Source of the DNA: Candidatus Saccharimonadales bacterium | GTDB lineage: Bacteria > Patescibacteriota > Saccharimonadia > Saccharimonadales > UBA7683 | DNA: 64,000 bases | Reading direction: 5' to 3' | NCBI GenBank assembly: GCA_046350615.1 | Contig: JAXMAA010000002.1 | Coordinates: 277,204 to 341,203, forward strand | Shown here: positions 63,876-64,000 of the stretch, piece after piece | Layout: each line of letters starts with the position of its first letter | Numbering within the stretch: the first letter of the stretch is position 1 | The notes under the pieces: model-generated | Seen by the model: the letters and a program-made list of their open reading frames with translations, nothing else | What the model was told of the DNA's origin: nothing | Database searches by the model: none | Translations under genes and position numbers: made by a program

Positions 63876-64000
63876 ATGGTAGATATAGAAAAAATCATCC
63901 GAGAATACATTACAAAAACAGTGCATATGTCGTTGGCGACGGTAAAAGATAACAGGCCGTGGGTTTGTGAGGTCCATTTTGCGTATGATGAGAACCTGAA
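63876..64000 (+). CDS. Pyridoxamine 5'-phosphate oxidase family protein, 5' part (continues beyond window)
   Basis: MVDIEKIIREYITKTVHMSLATVKDNRPWVCEVHFAYDENL... is the typical N-terminus of PNPOx-like/general-stress-protein-26-type proteins. Confidence 0.55.
   Translation, partial: MVDIEKIIREYITKTVHMSLATVKDNRPWVCEVHFAYDENL

Overview
This is a 64-kb, gene-dense bacterial chromosomal segment with about 70 supportable genes, many 4-nt ATGA start/stop overlaps and ordinary use of TAA/TAG/TGA as stops. The gene content (Gram-positive-type T4SS genes, DUF2207, few biosynthetic genes, compact operons) suggests a small-genome Patescibacteria/CPR (Saccharibacteria-like) organism. I cannot verify that inference here.

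Layout:
- (1) 1-14.6 kb: an ICE-like island. It has fragmented VirB4-like and VirD4/TraG-like ATPases, a CHAP hydrolase and redox cargo (NirK, FAD-linked oxidase, NDH-2, DsbB). It also carries DUF3768, a replication-relaxation-family protein and a large serine recombinase, and it ends 80 bp from the 3' end of tRNA-Gln(CTG).
- (2) 14.9-16.6 kb: an S-box (SAM-I-like) riboswitch plus terminator, in front of a small ORF and an atypical Cys/Met-family PLP enzyme.
- (3) 16.6-26.2 kb: housekeeping and miscellaneous genes. These are frameshifted rarA, a 33-bp-repeat coiled-coil protein, typA, an ABC-2 transporter, DUF2207 and a HIT protein, plus a Y1 (RAYT-like) transposase gene bracketed by inverted repeats.
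- (4) 26.3-27.7 kb: an IS256-like IS nested in the centre of a composite palindromic repeat.
- (5) 27.7-37.3 kb: a RadC / ParA-like / Fic / Type III R-M (mod-rhuM-res) island.
- (6) 37.3-47.2 kb: mixed genes, including a second NDH-2, a MarR-MFS pair, rmuC and an aquaporin, plus two broken genes.
- (7) 47.5-52.0 kb: a Fur-family (likely Zur) regulon. It has two copies of a 22-bp candidate operator, an IS200-disrupted SDR-like gene, an atypical COG0523 GTPase and a ZIP transporter.
- (8) 52-64 kb: a glycoside hydrolase, yajQ, and pheS and pheT separated by four translationally coupled genes. A second RAYT-like unit and an ABC exporter follow.

Cross-cutting signals:
- A dispersed family of GTCAT-hairpin palindromic repeats occurs in intergenic regions. 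Two copies appear to sit in-frame inside pheT.
- An unusual number of frame disruptions is present, both homopolymer indels and nonsense codons. Read-level evidence is needed to separate real gene decay from assembly error.

No rRNA genes and no CRISPR array were seen.
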